Positions 1 through 12,238 of a stretch of DNA of 64,000 nt are shown here, one piece after another. How positions within the stretch are numbered: the first letter of the stretch is position 1; each line of letters starts with the position of its first letter. The stretch is taken from positions 10,230,001 through 10,294,000 of the forward strand of contig JBHGNT010000014.1 of assembly GCA_043228905.1 (NCBI GenBank). Reading direction: 5' to 3'. The DNA comes from Azolla caroliniana (Eukaryota; Plantae; Polypodiophyta). The position numbers were made by a program, and so were the translations under genes. A model generated the notes under the pieces. That model had not been told where the DNA came from and did no database searches. It saw only the letters and a program-made list of their open reading frames with translations.

Positions 1-3000
1 GCGCCCAAAGGCTACTTGAACCTAGCTACCAAGGAGGTTACAACTTTTCCTATACAATGTTGTAAAATACAAGGATGTTTACATTTGTTGATATTCAAGA
101 AAGAGTCCATGGAAGTCGATATTGCCATTGAGGCTCTTGAGTTGACATTGTAAACAGGGGCACCTTTTCCATAAGTGAAGAAGCTTTTTCCTTTTCTTGT
201 TCACAGTATCTAAGGAACCCTGCATATTGTCATACTGGCCACGGACTACTGCCAACAAGTTCTCTCATATCTCAAACATCACATTTGAGAGATGAACATC
301 TACCCCATCATAAAGTCGGTTACATCGATATTTCCATAATGCTCATAATGTTATTGTGGTCATAGTTTTCCAAATTTGGACAGATCGCACCTACTTGCGA
401 GGTTGTTGGAAGGGACTAACTAATATCAATCTTCTATTATGTATTGTCATTGCCTCATGAACATCGTTTGCCTCATACAACATCAAGCCAGAATGTAATA
501 CTCCCCACATCGTTGATCCCCATGAGAATAGGCAACCTACATTGATTGTTAGGAATAAAGACATGACTTTCTTCCATACTTGTTGAGCAAAAGAACAAGA
601 CCATAGGACATGCTTGGTAGTCTCCTGAGGTTCATGGCAAAAGCCACATTGCCGCAAATTGGGTGCTACATTCCCTTTCAATGAATGACCAACGAGTAGT
701 GCCATATGCACTAATAACCATCGAAAGAGAATAAATTTAGTTGGCCCCTTGAATGACCATATCCATTTCCAATAGGTTCTCAAATGCAAAGTGGAAACAC
801 CCCAATTGGTCCAATGTTTCTGAGCTGCCGATATCATTACATTCTGAGAGAGCAGTAATGATCTTCCAAGTTTTACTAAGTACTGAAAGAAGGGGACCTT
901 TACGATCTTTTCCCCCAAGGAGTATGACCAAAACCAACCCCCCAGATCCCATGTCAGGATCTTTTGTGTATAGCCACAGGATATCACACATATAAGCAAC
1001 TGATGGATAAGGATCAAGGATCCATTTCTTTCCAGTTTTAGCAACCACTCTAACTGGTGCACTTCGCAAGTCCTGTAAATAACTGCAATCAAAGGTATAA
1101 GATTGCAATCTATTGTTGTCTAGGACCTCAAAATAAGAAATGCACCGATTAGGTGAAACGTCTTTAACAGCCATCAATGTATCATTTGTGAAGCATCCAA
1201 ACCATAGATGTTCCTGGCTAGGTTGGAAGGTTGTAAAAAATGAAGAATATGTTATTGATAAGGTGGTTGTCATTATCTTGGCACCATGAACTAATTGTAG
1301 ATGTGCAAGTCAATCTTCTTGCGGCATTTGTTGAAAATGAGTCCAAGTTCTTACAGATGCAACTGGCCCATTATCCAATTTGCCCCAAGCAAGGTGAGTA
1401 CGCAGGCCCAATACTTTTCCTGCATTATCCCGAAATAGAGAATTGGCAAGCGTAGGCTGATTAAGTAATGCATCCCAAGTAGAAGGTTTGTCCTATAGCA
1501 AAAATGATTTAATCGCATCCCACGCTCTTATGATTCCTAGCAAAAATCTATTGGATGCAAGATTCCTCCTTGGCGTTTTCATGTCATTCAAGAACAACCA
1601 CTTTAGAGAGGGTGACCATGCTCCTCCTGTCTTAGGAGTTAACTGCATTAACTGATTTAAAAACATTCCTTTCCAAGCTTCTAATCCTGGCAACAAACCT
1701 CTGATAACAAACTTCATCAAGAGCGCTCTTGATTGCATCAAAGGATCTATCAAACCCAACCCTCCATTGATTTTAGGTTGAATCAACACATTCCAAGCAA
1801 CTTTGGCTACTATAGGAGAGCCATGTTTTCCCCCCCAAAGGAAATTCCAGATCAAGCTTTGCACTTTTGCTATTGCTGATCTAGAAAATAGCCACATAGA
1901 TGCTATAACCCACATTGATGCCACTAGTATTGTGTTTGCTACTACAACCCGACCCGCAAAAGACAATTGTTGGGCATCCCAATACAGTCATTTACATTTT
2001 AATGATAATAGCATCAGAGATAGCATTGCTTCTGGCCTTAAATTTATTCCAAGCATACATCCCAAATATCGAATTGGTTCACCACGATGAAGCCATCGGA
2101 AAGCGGGACCTAGATACCACTCAAGATGAGTTTCTACACCCACCCAAAGGCCAACTGACTTATTCCAGTTAAGTGATGCACCTATAGCATCTAAGAAAAC
2201 CTGGAAAGCATTTTGTACTCGACCAAGATTACAAATCTCCCCGTCAACATAGAGGGTTATATCATTTGCAAACTCAACATCCACTATAGTGGACTGTGTA
2301 ATAGGTAATACTATGCCTTTGATACTAACAGTTGACGATCTTAGGTAGGAGGACAAGGCTTCCCCAAACAAGATAAAAAGAAATGGGGCAAGTGGGCATC
2401 CTTGCCTAACAGACCTAGAGATAGGAAATAGCGTCTCGTATTCTCTAGCAAACAAAACTGAACTAGAAGCATGCCTGTAAAGGGATGAAACACCTTTTAT
2501 CCATGCGGCAGGAAAACCTAATCTTGACAGCATTGCCTCAAGAAAGTTTCAATCCACTTTATCATATGTCTTCTCAAAGTTAAGCAATAATACTGCAAGT
2601 TGTTGTTTATGTTGCTGAGCTAATGCAACCATTTCCCAGAACAAAAAGATATTATAAAAAATACTTCTATCTTGCAGAAAACCAGATTGTGTGTCATGAA
2701 TAATAGACGGCAATACAGGTCATAGTCTAACTACCATAGTTTTCGCCACAATCTTATACACAACATTAAGCAATGTTATTGGCCGCCACTTGGAGACTTC
2801 ATCACATTGAGCATCCGATTTAGGAATCATATATATGATTCCTTCTATCCATTCCGCCAGCATATTACTCGTTGAGAATATTAAATTAACTGCTCTCGTA
2901 AGGAGAGGACCAAGAAAATCCCAATAATGCAAATAGAAACCAATTCATATTCCATCTTTTCCCAGACAAACATCCTTAGCTAAGGATTTAGCCACAACAC

Positions 3001-4415
3001 AGCCCTCTTGAGATGTAAACGGTTGTAATAACCAAGAGGCCATTACATCTGTAACCTTCTATTCAATAGTTGCAAGAACAACTTGTTTCTTGTTAAAATT
3101 GTCTGTCGTAAAAGATTCTGCAGAAAATAAGTTATGATAATAATCTGAGACTATACTTCACATCTTAGAGACATCTGACATATAGGATCCATCAAGCCGC
3201 TTCAAAGAAGTAATAGAAGGAGGTCTAGTTTTTCGTTTAAACTAATTGAAGAATTCCTTATTGACCCGATCTTGCCTTTGCGACCAGCGAGCAACATTAC
3301 GATAGTAAAAGAACATTGAGCGTGCTTCCTATTTTTCCTTTAGACTGTTTTTTACTTGCTGCAAATCACAACTTAATATAGATGAAGTTGGATACCTTTC
3401 CAACAATTGTTGTAATGTTGCAAGAGCACGATGCAAGTTAGCAATCTCTGAATTGCAGTGATAAACAGATGATGAAACTATTTTTGTGAATAGAATCTTT
3501 GTATCGAGTATGGCATGAACCATATTGCTAAGCAAACAATCATCCGAGAAATTGTAATTTGACCATATCTGAGTGATTGACATCCGGTGATTATCATTAG
3601 ATAACAATGCAGGAGGGATACGCAATTGCCTTGAGTATCGCCTCTTAGTAAATGTAACATGTAACTTCAAAGGGTCGTGATCAGAGATAGTTGATCTCGG
3701 AATAATTCCTATGGATCTGCCTGTTTCCCAAAAAACCCCTACTAGCATAAAATCTATCTTGAGACAAATTTGTAACAACCAAACTTCCATCTGATCTAGA
3801 AAACTGAAAGGATCCTTGTATATGTGAAAATGAGTGCACCTTCCATAAATCTAACAAACCATAGGTAAAACAAAAGTAGTCCCAACACTTAGCTTCCCAT
3901 TCTAAAATTGTCGTAGTTATACCTCCCATTCTATCAGCAGCATCCTCGATCATATTAAAGTCGTCTCCCACCAATCAACAATCCACTAAACTCGCATAAT
4001 CAAAAAGAGATAGCCATAACTTTGCCCTTTCTGCCACAGAATTAGGGGCATAAAGATTCATAAGGCCAACCTTTTGGGATCTTATTTTTACAATAAGGAA
4101 TTGTGCCCGTTTATTCACAATAGTAGTAGCTGACACAATGATAGACTGCAAATGTTGTTTAATAGCAATGCATAATCCAGCCTGTCGGCTAGTGGGGCCA
4201 AAGGCAGGAATCCAGAATTGAGTCCACCGTCCTGGTAAAATAGATCCATACTTCCGAATCCTATCCATGCATAAGTGATGCTCTTGTAAAAAAAGAATAT
4301 CAATAGTGCCTACATTAGCAGTACCTAAATCCACACGTAAGAGTCCTTTAAATCTGCGAAAAGCCTGACCATCCAGGCCTTGCACATTCCAGGAAAGAAG
4401 ATGTAAGGTGTCCAT
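1..4415 (-). mobile_element. Degenerate L1-clade LINE, ORF2 (APE endonuclease, reverse transcriptase, zf-RVT) with multiple stops and frameshifts
   Basis: ORF pieces: LHLLSWNVQGL...DILFLQEHH...NLYAPN and GDDFNMIE (endonuclease); KWRPITLLN and SRSVRQGCPLAPFLF...EFANDITL (RT); CGFCHEPQETTKHVLWSC (zf-RVT). ATG at 4413-4415. The 3' end is at or beyond the window start. Confidence 0.9.
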
Positions 4416-4416
4416 C

Positions 4417-6870
4417 TTACACAGATTGTATTGGTGTCCTTTTCTCAAGGAGAGCATCTTGACGGCCTTTTTGGGCACCCTCCTGAGCTCTTGCTTGTCT
4501 TTTTAAAAGCAGATAGTTCCCGGCATACTTATGCACCCTATGATCCTTAACTTGCTTTTTAGGGGTTTGAAGTGTCAAGGTATCTTGTGAAACTGTGAAT
4601 TGAAATCCAGCACAAGGGAGTTTATCTACTCCTTGAGCCATTTCAACACCCATAATATTTGATTGATTAGAAATAGGTTTTCCTATGAGCTTATCAAAGG
4701 GAAACGAATTAACAGAGACATCGATTTGTTGGTTTGCTTCTATTCCCATAACACTTGGAGGCATTTCCACATCTGTAATATCTTGAGCAGAAACGACTTT
4801 TCCTTTTAATTTTTCAAAAGAAACCAAATAAACAGTTGGTGTCAACTGTTGATTCTCAACAATTTTCAAGGGTGGTTGGCCTACTACTAACCTCCGAAAA
4901 GACTTAGGCAACTGAGTGGAAAGTAAGTCTGTCTTTTGTGAGGAAAAACCCGAATTAAATCTCTATTGGGAAAGATGGGTTGATGGCTAATCCGAAGTAT
5001 TCACTTCATGTGATCGATCCTCTTCTACATGGAGAGTGGAATACCTATTCTATAAGGGGGGGAATTCCTCTCAACACTTGAGGTCGGATCGTGGTGTCAG
5101 TGTCCACCAGTCCTTCCCTCTAGCTCCTCTTGACGTCCTCCCGCCTCCCTTGTGCTTCCCAACCCATCCGGTTCCGCACACCTCGACCTTCTCGGTCGAC
5201 TTGTCTGCTCATAAGGCCCATTTCAGCTCCTTTGTTGTTGTGACTTCGGCGCTTCTCGACCCGCCAGCTCCTCCATGTCGTTGGCGACTTCTGCTGCCTC
5301 CATGTCCGCTTGGCCTTGAGTTTATTCGGCTCCTCTGAATTGAACATCTCTTCCGAATCGGGTGCCTCCAACTCGTTCCAATGCTTGTCCGAATTGGTTG
5401 TCTCCAATTCGTCCTGAATCTTCAGGCCCTTTACCACATCAGACCATGTTCGGGTATCAGACTATGTCCGAGTCTTGGCCTTCTTCTTCTGGTCGGCTCT
5501 GTCCTTCTTGAGTTTGCCGTTGTTGCCGTTTGTTCCGACTCTTTCAGGTGTGCCGACTTCTTCAATCCACTCGGCTCCGTTTTTCTTCTTGTCTCCCCCT
5601 GTTTTGGTTGTTTCCTTCTCTCTGACTGATTATTCGGTGCCTTTGCCTGTCTTCCCGGTTTCGGTTTCGGTTTCGGTTTCCTCCTTTCTCCCCCTCAAGT
5701 GCGGCACGTCTAGATGCTGAATACCAAGCATCTCTGAGAAGTGTTGCAATTTGTCGGTTCCAAGTGCCTTGATGAAGAAGTCGGCAACTTGCCAATCCGT
5801 CCGAACATACCGAAGTTCGACTTCATCGTTAAGGACCCGTTCGCACACAAAGTGATAATGCACTTCTATGTGCTTTGTGTGAACATGAAACACGAGATTC
5901 TTGGTGAGATGCATCTTGCTCATGTTGTCGCAGTAGATTGGGATTGGAGTTGGTACTTCGATCCGGAGGTCTTGTAGCAACCGCCGAAGCCATATGGCTT
6001 CACAGATGGCAACGGTAGCACCCCGATACTCAGCCTTAGTGCTCGATAGAGCCACTGTCGGCTGCTTTTTGCTACTCCACGCAACAACCGCGCTACCCAG
6101 AGAAAATATATAACCGGAAGTGGACTGACGATCTGACACATCATCGGCCCAGTCGGCATTTGTATACCCGACGAGCTTTTTAGTGATACCCTGACGGTAT
6201 AACAGTCCCTAGTCTTTAGTGCCGCTAACATACCTGAGTATTTGGTGCGCACACTAAAGGTGCTCCACGGCCGGCTTCTGCATAAACTGACTTATCATCC
6301 CGACCGGATAGCTGATGTCGAGTCGGGTGATAGTAAGATAGATGAGGCTTCCGACAATTTGTTGGAACCATTTCTCATTGCAGGCCGGTCTGGAGTCGAG
6401 ACGAAGCTTCAGGTTCCGGTCCAGGGGTGTGGACATTGGTCGGCAACCGGTCATGCCGAACTTGTACAACATATTTAACACATAGTGTCGCTATGAAAAC
6501 AATATGTCGTCAGGGGTATGGATCACCTCAATCTCGAGGAAATAATGAAGGTCCCCCAAGTCCTTCATCTCGAATGCATTCAATAGTTGGGACTTCACTC
6601 GACCGATTTCAGCGAATCCGGGTTCGGTGATGACTAGATCATCCACATATAGCAAGATACAGACCGGACCTCCTGGACCTTTCCGGATGAACAACGACGA
6701 GTCGGACTTTGAGCAACCCTCAAATCTAGCCTGATACGGGACTATATTTGTATTGGGTACATGCTTGTTTGTGTCTTTATTAAATTTAGGGCAATTTTTT
6801 GCCAAATGACCAAATCCAAAACATTGAAAACATTGATTTGGCAAACCCCTATACAATATGGATTGTGCTA
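4417..6870 (-). mobile_element. ORF1 of the same L1 LINE (zinc knuckle), split by a copia fragment at ~5068-6716
   Basis: YRGLPNQCFQCFGFGHLAKNCPK (CCHC knuckle) at ~6790-6856. The frame resumes at ~5065 (EFPPL*NRYSTL) in frame with ORF 4417..4911, whose TAA lies 1 nt before the ORF2 ATG. Confidence 0.75.
5068..6716 (-). mobile_element. Ty1/copia (family A) internal fragment: RT C-terminus, RNase H and a charged 3' extension; no LTRs
   Basis: SKSDSSLF...LLYVDDLVI...FEMKDLG, YLTITRLDISYPV, WSSKKQPTVALSST.AEY, TKHIEVHYHF; closely similar to 52011-53000. Confidence 0.9.
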
Positions 6871-7635
6871 TTTAGTTGGCCTCTGCGAATCATGGAGAGA
6901 AAAGAAGCCAGCGACATGGTAGATCAACACATACAACCTAAACCCATGACAATGATAGAGCATCAACACCAATTAATTAGATATGGCATGAAATATCCCT
7001 TACCATTGATAATTATGGAATGAAGATGAATGATTGAATATGATCATGTATGGATTGTGATTGGTATGGTTAGAATTATGCCTACCTAGATGGATGGAAA
7101 ATATTGTTTAGCGTGGTCAAATTTATGGTTACAATGCTTAATCATTGATAACATGTCCACATGATGTTAGTGAATGAGATCTCGTTGTTAATGCCATAAC
7201 AATTTGGTTCTCAATAATGGAGACATCTTATTCATGTTACAGTATAAATGTTATTTTTAGTGACTAGCTGAAATTTTGATCACTTTCCAATGAACATTTG
7301 AAGCTAAGATGAATGGCTATGTCTTGGGCATAATGTCATGACCAATTTGGTGAACCATCACATGAATTATTATAGCTAATATTGTCATGCATATTGTAAT
7401 GACTGCATGAATGAGTTTATCAAACTAAGTCATCTTCTATAATCAATTGGCTTTACCTAGGATATGATCTACAAGGACAAATTTTGTTGAAGTTGATAAT
7501 CAAGCCAAATCAGAGCATTGTGGACTTGTGAAAATTATTGACCTTTTACGTTTAATATGATTTTATGGAGCCAGTTACTTTTCTTAGATAACTTAAACCA
7601 AAGAAAAAATAGCAAAGCCTCTTATGAAGTCATAT

Positions 7636-8072
7636 TGGCATTGGTTTCATTCAAACCAAAATGAAATTTTAAGCCATGTTTTAATGGTTTACCAATTCGA
7701 ATATAAGTAAATGATTTGCGCTTCTTTCAAATATCATCAAATGGTTTGGTTTTAAACTAGGGTTTATCAGTTTACTAGCTCGTTAATAGGTTCTCTTTTT
7801 AATATCTTTTTGTTTACCCAATGGCTACGTGGTTTAATTAATGTTTTCTTTGGTTTAATGGTTTGATTAATTTAGCTTGAATGTTTTTTAATTCAATGAT
7901 TGTTTTGGTTAATTGTTTAATTAATTTGATTTAAACAATTTGGTTGAAAAGGCCACAAAACTGAATTGAACAATTTATGCATAACAAAAACCAAACCAAG
8001 CCATTTAAACTAAATTGTTTAGACCCACCAAGACTAAACTGAAACTAAGACAGAAACCAGGACCCATACCTA
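7636..8072. mobile_element. hAT-type MITE, copy 1
   Basis: 8-bp TSD AGTCATAT at 7628-7635 and 8073-8080; degenerate TIRs TGGCATTGG / CCCATACCTA; AT-rich body with AAACC repeats; homologous to 15016-15614 in the opposite orientation. Confidence 0.7.
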
Positions 8073-9583
8073 AGTCATATTTCCAAACCAGTTTTCTAAA
8101 GTTGTTGATATAAAACAATGGGGGGTTTGCTAAAGCACATAGCAGAGCAAATCATCATATCCCTTGGTATCATGTATGATGCATCCTTGCACAAACAAAC
8201 CAAGGTTAATTGCTCCATATTAGGGTGCTTCTCTTCTAATATCTCCCTAATCATCATCAATTCGCTAAATGTCAATCCAAGTTATTGTCAATGCAATAAT
8301 TTTAGGGCTAATGCTCATAATTCTCAATACAAAGATTTTAATGTCCGTTTGCACTCAGTTACAAGATTGCAGTATATGTTTTTAGTGTTTAATGACAAGA
8401 GCCATTCCTCTAAAAACATTTGTAGCTCTCTAATTAATTAACATAGAAAAGTAAAGAAAAAATCAAGTACACTCTCTAATCAATGTTTTGTGTAATCAAT
8501 GCTTCAATGACATTTCCAAGCACTAATTTCTCTTGTAGATTATTAGGTTTGTAAATATTCCTTTTTTCTAGGGGATCTAGTCATACCTAGGAAGTCCATG
8601 CCACATTTGAAGGAGACTCTTTCACATGCCTTTGTGTGATACCAAAGTTATAGTTGGCTATGATGTGCTCGTTTTACAATTTTTCTCTTATTTATTTCCA
8701 TTTTGTCACTTGATGATTATGGCTTTTTGCATATTCTTATACATTTCAATTGCATGGTAGTTTGTGTTATTTGACATCTATGCAGTGTTGTGATTACCAA
8801 TTTGAAATGACTTTTAGGCTCAGACAAATACTCTTGGGACATGTTAAAAGTGAAAAGCAATCTCATGTGATCTCCGATCTCCCCAAACAATCGGAGTGTC
8901 AAAAAGCCTTCTCAAAATTCATTCCAAGGAGTGATTCCCAAACCAAAAGTATTCTCAAGTGATCTTTCTACTGCCAAAAAGAAGGCCATAAGACCGATCA
9001 TAAAACCTAATCCTAATACAGAAAGTACCTTAGAAATGGAAGCATCTTACATAAATAAAATCACCTCATCCGGATGGTGGAAGGCTTTTTACCCAAATTA
9101 GAAGTTTACATAAGTAAAAACTGCGGCAAACTAAATATATATCGAAGTGTTATACATGATCTCGCATCAGTATAAACATATAAATACACACACATGTATG
9201 TATATACATACATATATGTGTATATATACATGTATATGTATATTATGATAAACCAGTTATCAGAGTTTGAAATAATTGTGATTATAAAAATGGTTGTTCA
9301 ACACAATTAACACAAGTATTTTGAGATAGAAATTACAATATAAGAAGGATATGAATAATCGAGTTGGGAAGTCCAAGTACCTTTCTAGCCAGCAGGGGCA
9401 CATACATAGTTACAATTTGAGCCATGTCTCCTTCATCAGTTTTAAGTCGTGTCTCTCTTTAAACAACATCCTTAGCGAACGCTCATTCGCCATCTCCTGC
9501 TCGATGAAGAACTCATATGTTAAAGGTTTCCAAGTAAAAAACTGTTTCTTCATGTACAATGATTCCATCGATTTCTTCACGTG

Positions 9584-9859
9584 TTAATGCCCAAAATTGC
9601 ACATCTGGATGAATGGCATATTATAGTCCACATACTTTGTCCATTGGTCTCTGTACTGATTCAATGCAATATCCAGCCATGGCTTCATATGTCCATTGTA
9701 ATGAATCACAGCAGCTTTTTTTATCTTCTCCATACTAAGGTTGGGGTTGGAACCAAGCCCAAGAGCATGCCATGATTTGTCCAAGGTTTTAGTGTTCTCA
9801 TAAAAGGTAATAAGACCTGGTGGAAGAGTTGCAATCCTCCAAAGTGTTTGATCCTTGTT
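9584..9859 (-). CDS. GAUT8: GT8 galacturonosyltransferase (GAUT8/QUA1-like), exon 3 (last)
   Basis: Acceptor ...GTCTTCAG| then NKDQTLWRIATLPPGLITFY...WHALGLG...VIHYNGHMKPWLDIA...CNFGH*; phase 0. Confidence 0.9.
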   Translation of the reverse strand, partial: NKDQTLWRIATLPPGLITFYENTKTLDKSWHALGLGSNPNLSMEKIKKAAVIHYNGHMKPWLDIALNQYRDQWTKYVDYNMPFIQMCNFGH

Positions 9860-10459
9860 CTGAAGACAAGCATTCCAAGAAAGAAAAATATGGAAAACAT
9901 CAAATAAAGGCACATTTCTTAATAGCTATATTAACCTTTTACTTGATCAACTGCGCTAACTCACTACTCGAAAACCAGCTCATATATTTCACAGTGGGTG
10001 GACGCCCAAGTGCCTAACTGGAAAAAATCTTTCGTTGTGGATTAGGCTTGCATGGGATTTTAACTCATGCAATACTTTCCTCATATGTCCCCTCAAATAA
10101 CTTTTGTTATAAATGATCTCCTTTATGTATCATTTTTTTGAGGAAACTATTGGTGTTTATGATCTCAACCTAAAGTTACGAAGGTTTTATAATGAACAAA
10201 TCCATCACTCGAAACTTTTAACCCCAACCCAACGTTAACATTGCAAAGCACATTAGTAACCTTTACAACTACACTATCATATTTAGGGTAGCCTAGTGAG
10301 CTACATGCAATAATTGTGGGGAAGAGCATGGTCTTATATAATAGGTAAGGTACGTGGTTTAACATTGTGTTTTACCATGTAATGTCTCGTTACTTATGAA
10401 AACAGGAATTGGAGACAGTTACCGAGAAAGATTGGGAAAAAAACAGGAATTGCTCTCAC

Positions 10460-11671
10460 CTGAGTCTGCCAGTAGTGATACTTCTCTGTACATTTCTCCT
10501 TTCTCCACGCGTCAAGGTCAAATAAATTCATACCATATGCCCATGCACACGCATTAGGATCTAGTTTCTTCTTGATCAGTGGATGAGAAAAATTCATGTA
10601 ATGGCTGTATCGATTGAACGATGCAGAACAGATCTCTACTGCAGCATGTACTTTTCCCTCCATGTTCATCTTGAAAAGAGATGTGAGATCCTTCTGTACA
10701 ACTACATCATCATCCAAAAACAGTATTCTTCGTAGTCTTGGAAACATTTCGGGGAGATAAAACCGTAAATGTTTTAGCATCAATCGATATTTAAGGTTTC
10801 TATACTGCTCATCTGCATCAAGCTGCTGTAAAAGGGGCACATAAGATGATTTGAAGAATGTATAATCATCCATGGATGTTATCTCTATGTGGGAAACATT
10901 ATTGGGTGGATTCATTTTAAACCAAACTTTCATAGCCCACATGTTCATCTTGTTTGTTATGATATGGAAAACATGCTTTTCAGGGTTTTGAGAGTTAAGT
11001 ATAGCTGATTTAACCACTACTGATGATGCCAAGACATTGTCAGAAAGGATCGCATAGTGGTATAGTGATGCGTCACTAAATTCAGGTACTGATGCTGCAT
11101 GTTCATCTTCAAGGTACTTCGGTTCATTAGTGATCCTCTCTTCAAGAAGACGCATAGAAAGACAATGTAAACTTTTAGGAGTGGACCTTGCAGCAATCAA
11201 GTTAGAAAGATCTCCATATTTTTTAGCTCTTGTCAGCTGATCCTCTACACCAAATATGGTATCCTTGAGCTTTTGAATTTTCATTTGGTTGTCAAAAAGC
11301 TCCTTTGAATCAGCCATGAGCTGCCGGGTTACCTTGAGGTGATCTTTGAGCTCTTTTTCAAATATTTTGAGTGTTTCTTCATCCACAGTTGCAGAATTAT
11401 CTTGCAATGCTCGAATCTGTGGCTGAGACATCAAAGCATTGATTGCATTTGCATGTGCAGTGAAATTACTTAGTTGTTTATCCATTTCAATCTTCTCTTT
11501 GCGTGCATAGATGGCATATGCATTAGCTAAGGCTATCTGCTCCCTAGCCAGTTTGAACAGCGTCTCTATTTTAGACCTTTCTGGACCTTCATCCGACTTC
11601 AGAGCCCGAATCGTGCGAGCAACATAGGTATGGAGATGAGATGGGCTAGCCTGTGTTTTCTCAATACCAGC
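10460..11671 (-). CDS. GAUT8: GAUT8-like, exon 2 (stem and GT8 catalytic domain)
   Basis: TTTTGCAG|GCT acceptor and CAG|GTGAGA donor; KIQKLKDTIF, PKSLHCLSMRL, SDNVLASSVVV, HLRFYLPE, ILFLDDDVVVQKDL (DxD motif), CAWAYGMNLFDL. Confidence 0.93.
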
Positions 11672-12006
11672 CTGCAAAACAAAATATTGTTATGAGCATT
11701 TACTTGTCTACATCATAACCCTAACTTTGCGACTCTCTTATAGATAGATATAGATATAGATTGGAGATTGGAGATTAGAGATATATGTTCTGCTGATCTA
11801 ATCATCATTCTAAGGCTAACCACAATCCCAGCTACTTATGACAATAAATGGTGGGCACAGTAATTTCATACAGATACAATAAACTTAGGATGCTCTTTTA
11901 GGTCCTTCCCTTGGTTTCTGAATTTGGAGAGATATACAGCGTTGAACTTCAACCATACAGGGTCAATTTGAAAGGAACCCCAATTTTAATTACCATAGCA
12001 AAGCAT

Positions 12007-12238
12007 GTCAGATCAAAATCCGAATCAACGATAAGCAACTTTGAGATTTCTCAATGTGCCATGTATGGTTGGAGGCCCAGAAACCAAGAAATAACCTAAA
12101 AGAGCATCCCATCCTTAAAGAAAAAACAAATCTGAATGTGTCAGATCAAAATAAAGTGTCAGCATCTTTGGGATTTCTGATCATGCCATGTATGGTTGAA
12201 GGCCACAGAAACCCAGGAAACAACCTAAAATGGCATCC
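12007..12238. repeat. Diverged tandem duplication (~130-bp period) in GAUT intron 1
   Basis: GTCAGATCAAAAT...TGCCATGTATGGTTG.AGGCC...AACCTAAAA..GCATCCC occurs twice. Confidence 0.7.

Noticed and set aside
6491-6856. Novel zinc-knuckle/RT fusion protein
   Set aside because: Accidental in-frame junction of LINE ORF1 and a copia RT fragment, both decayed.
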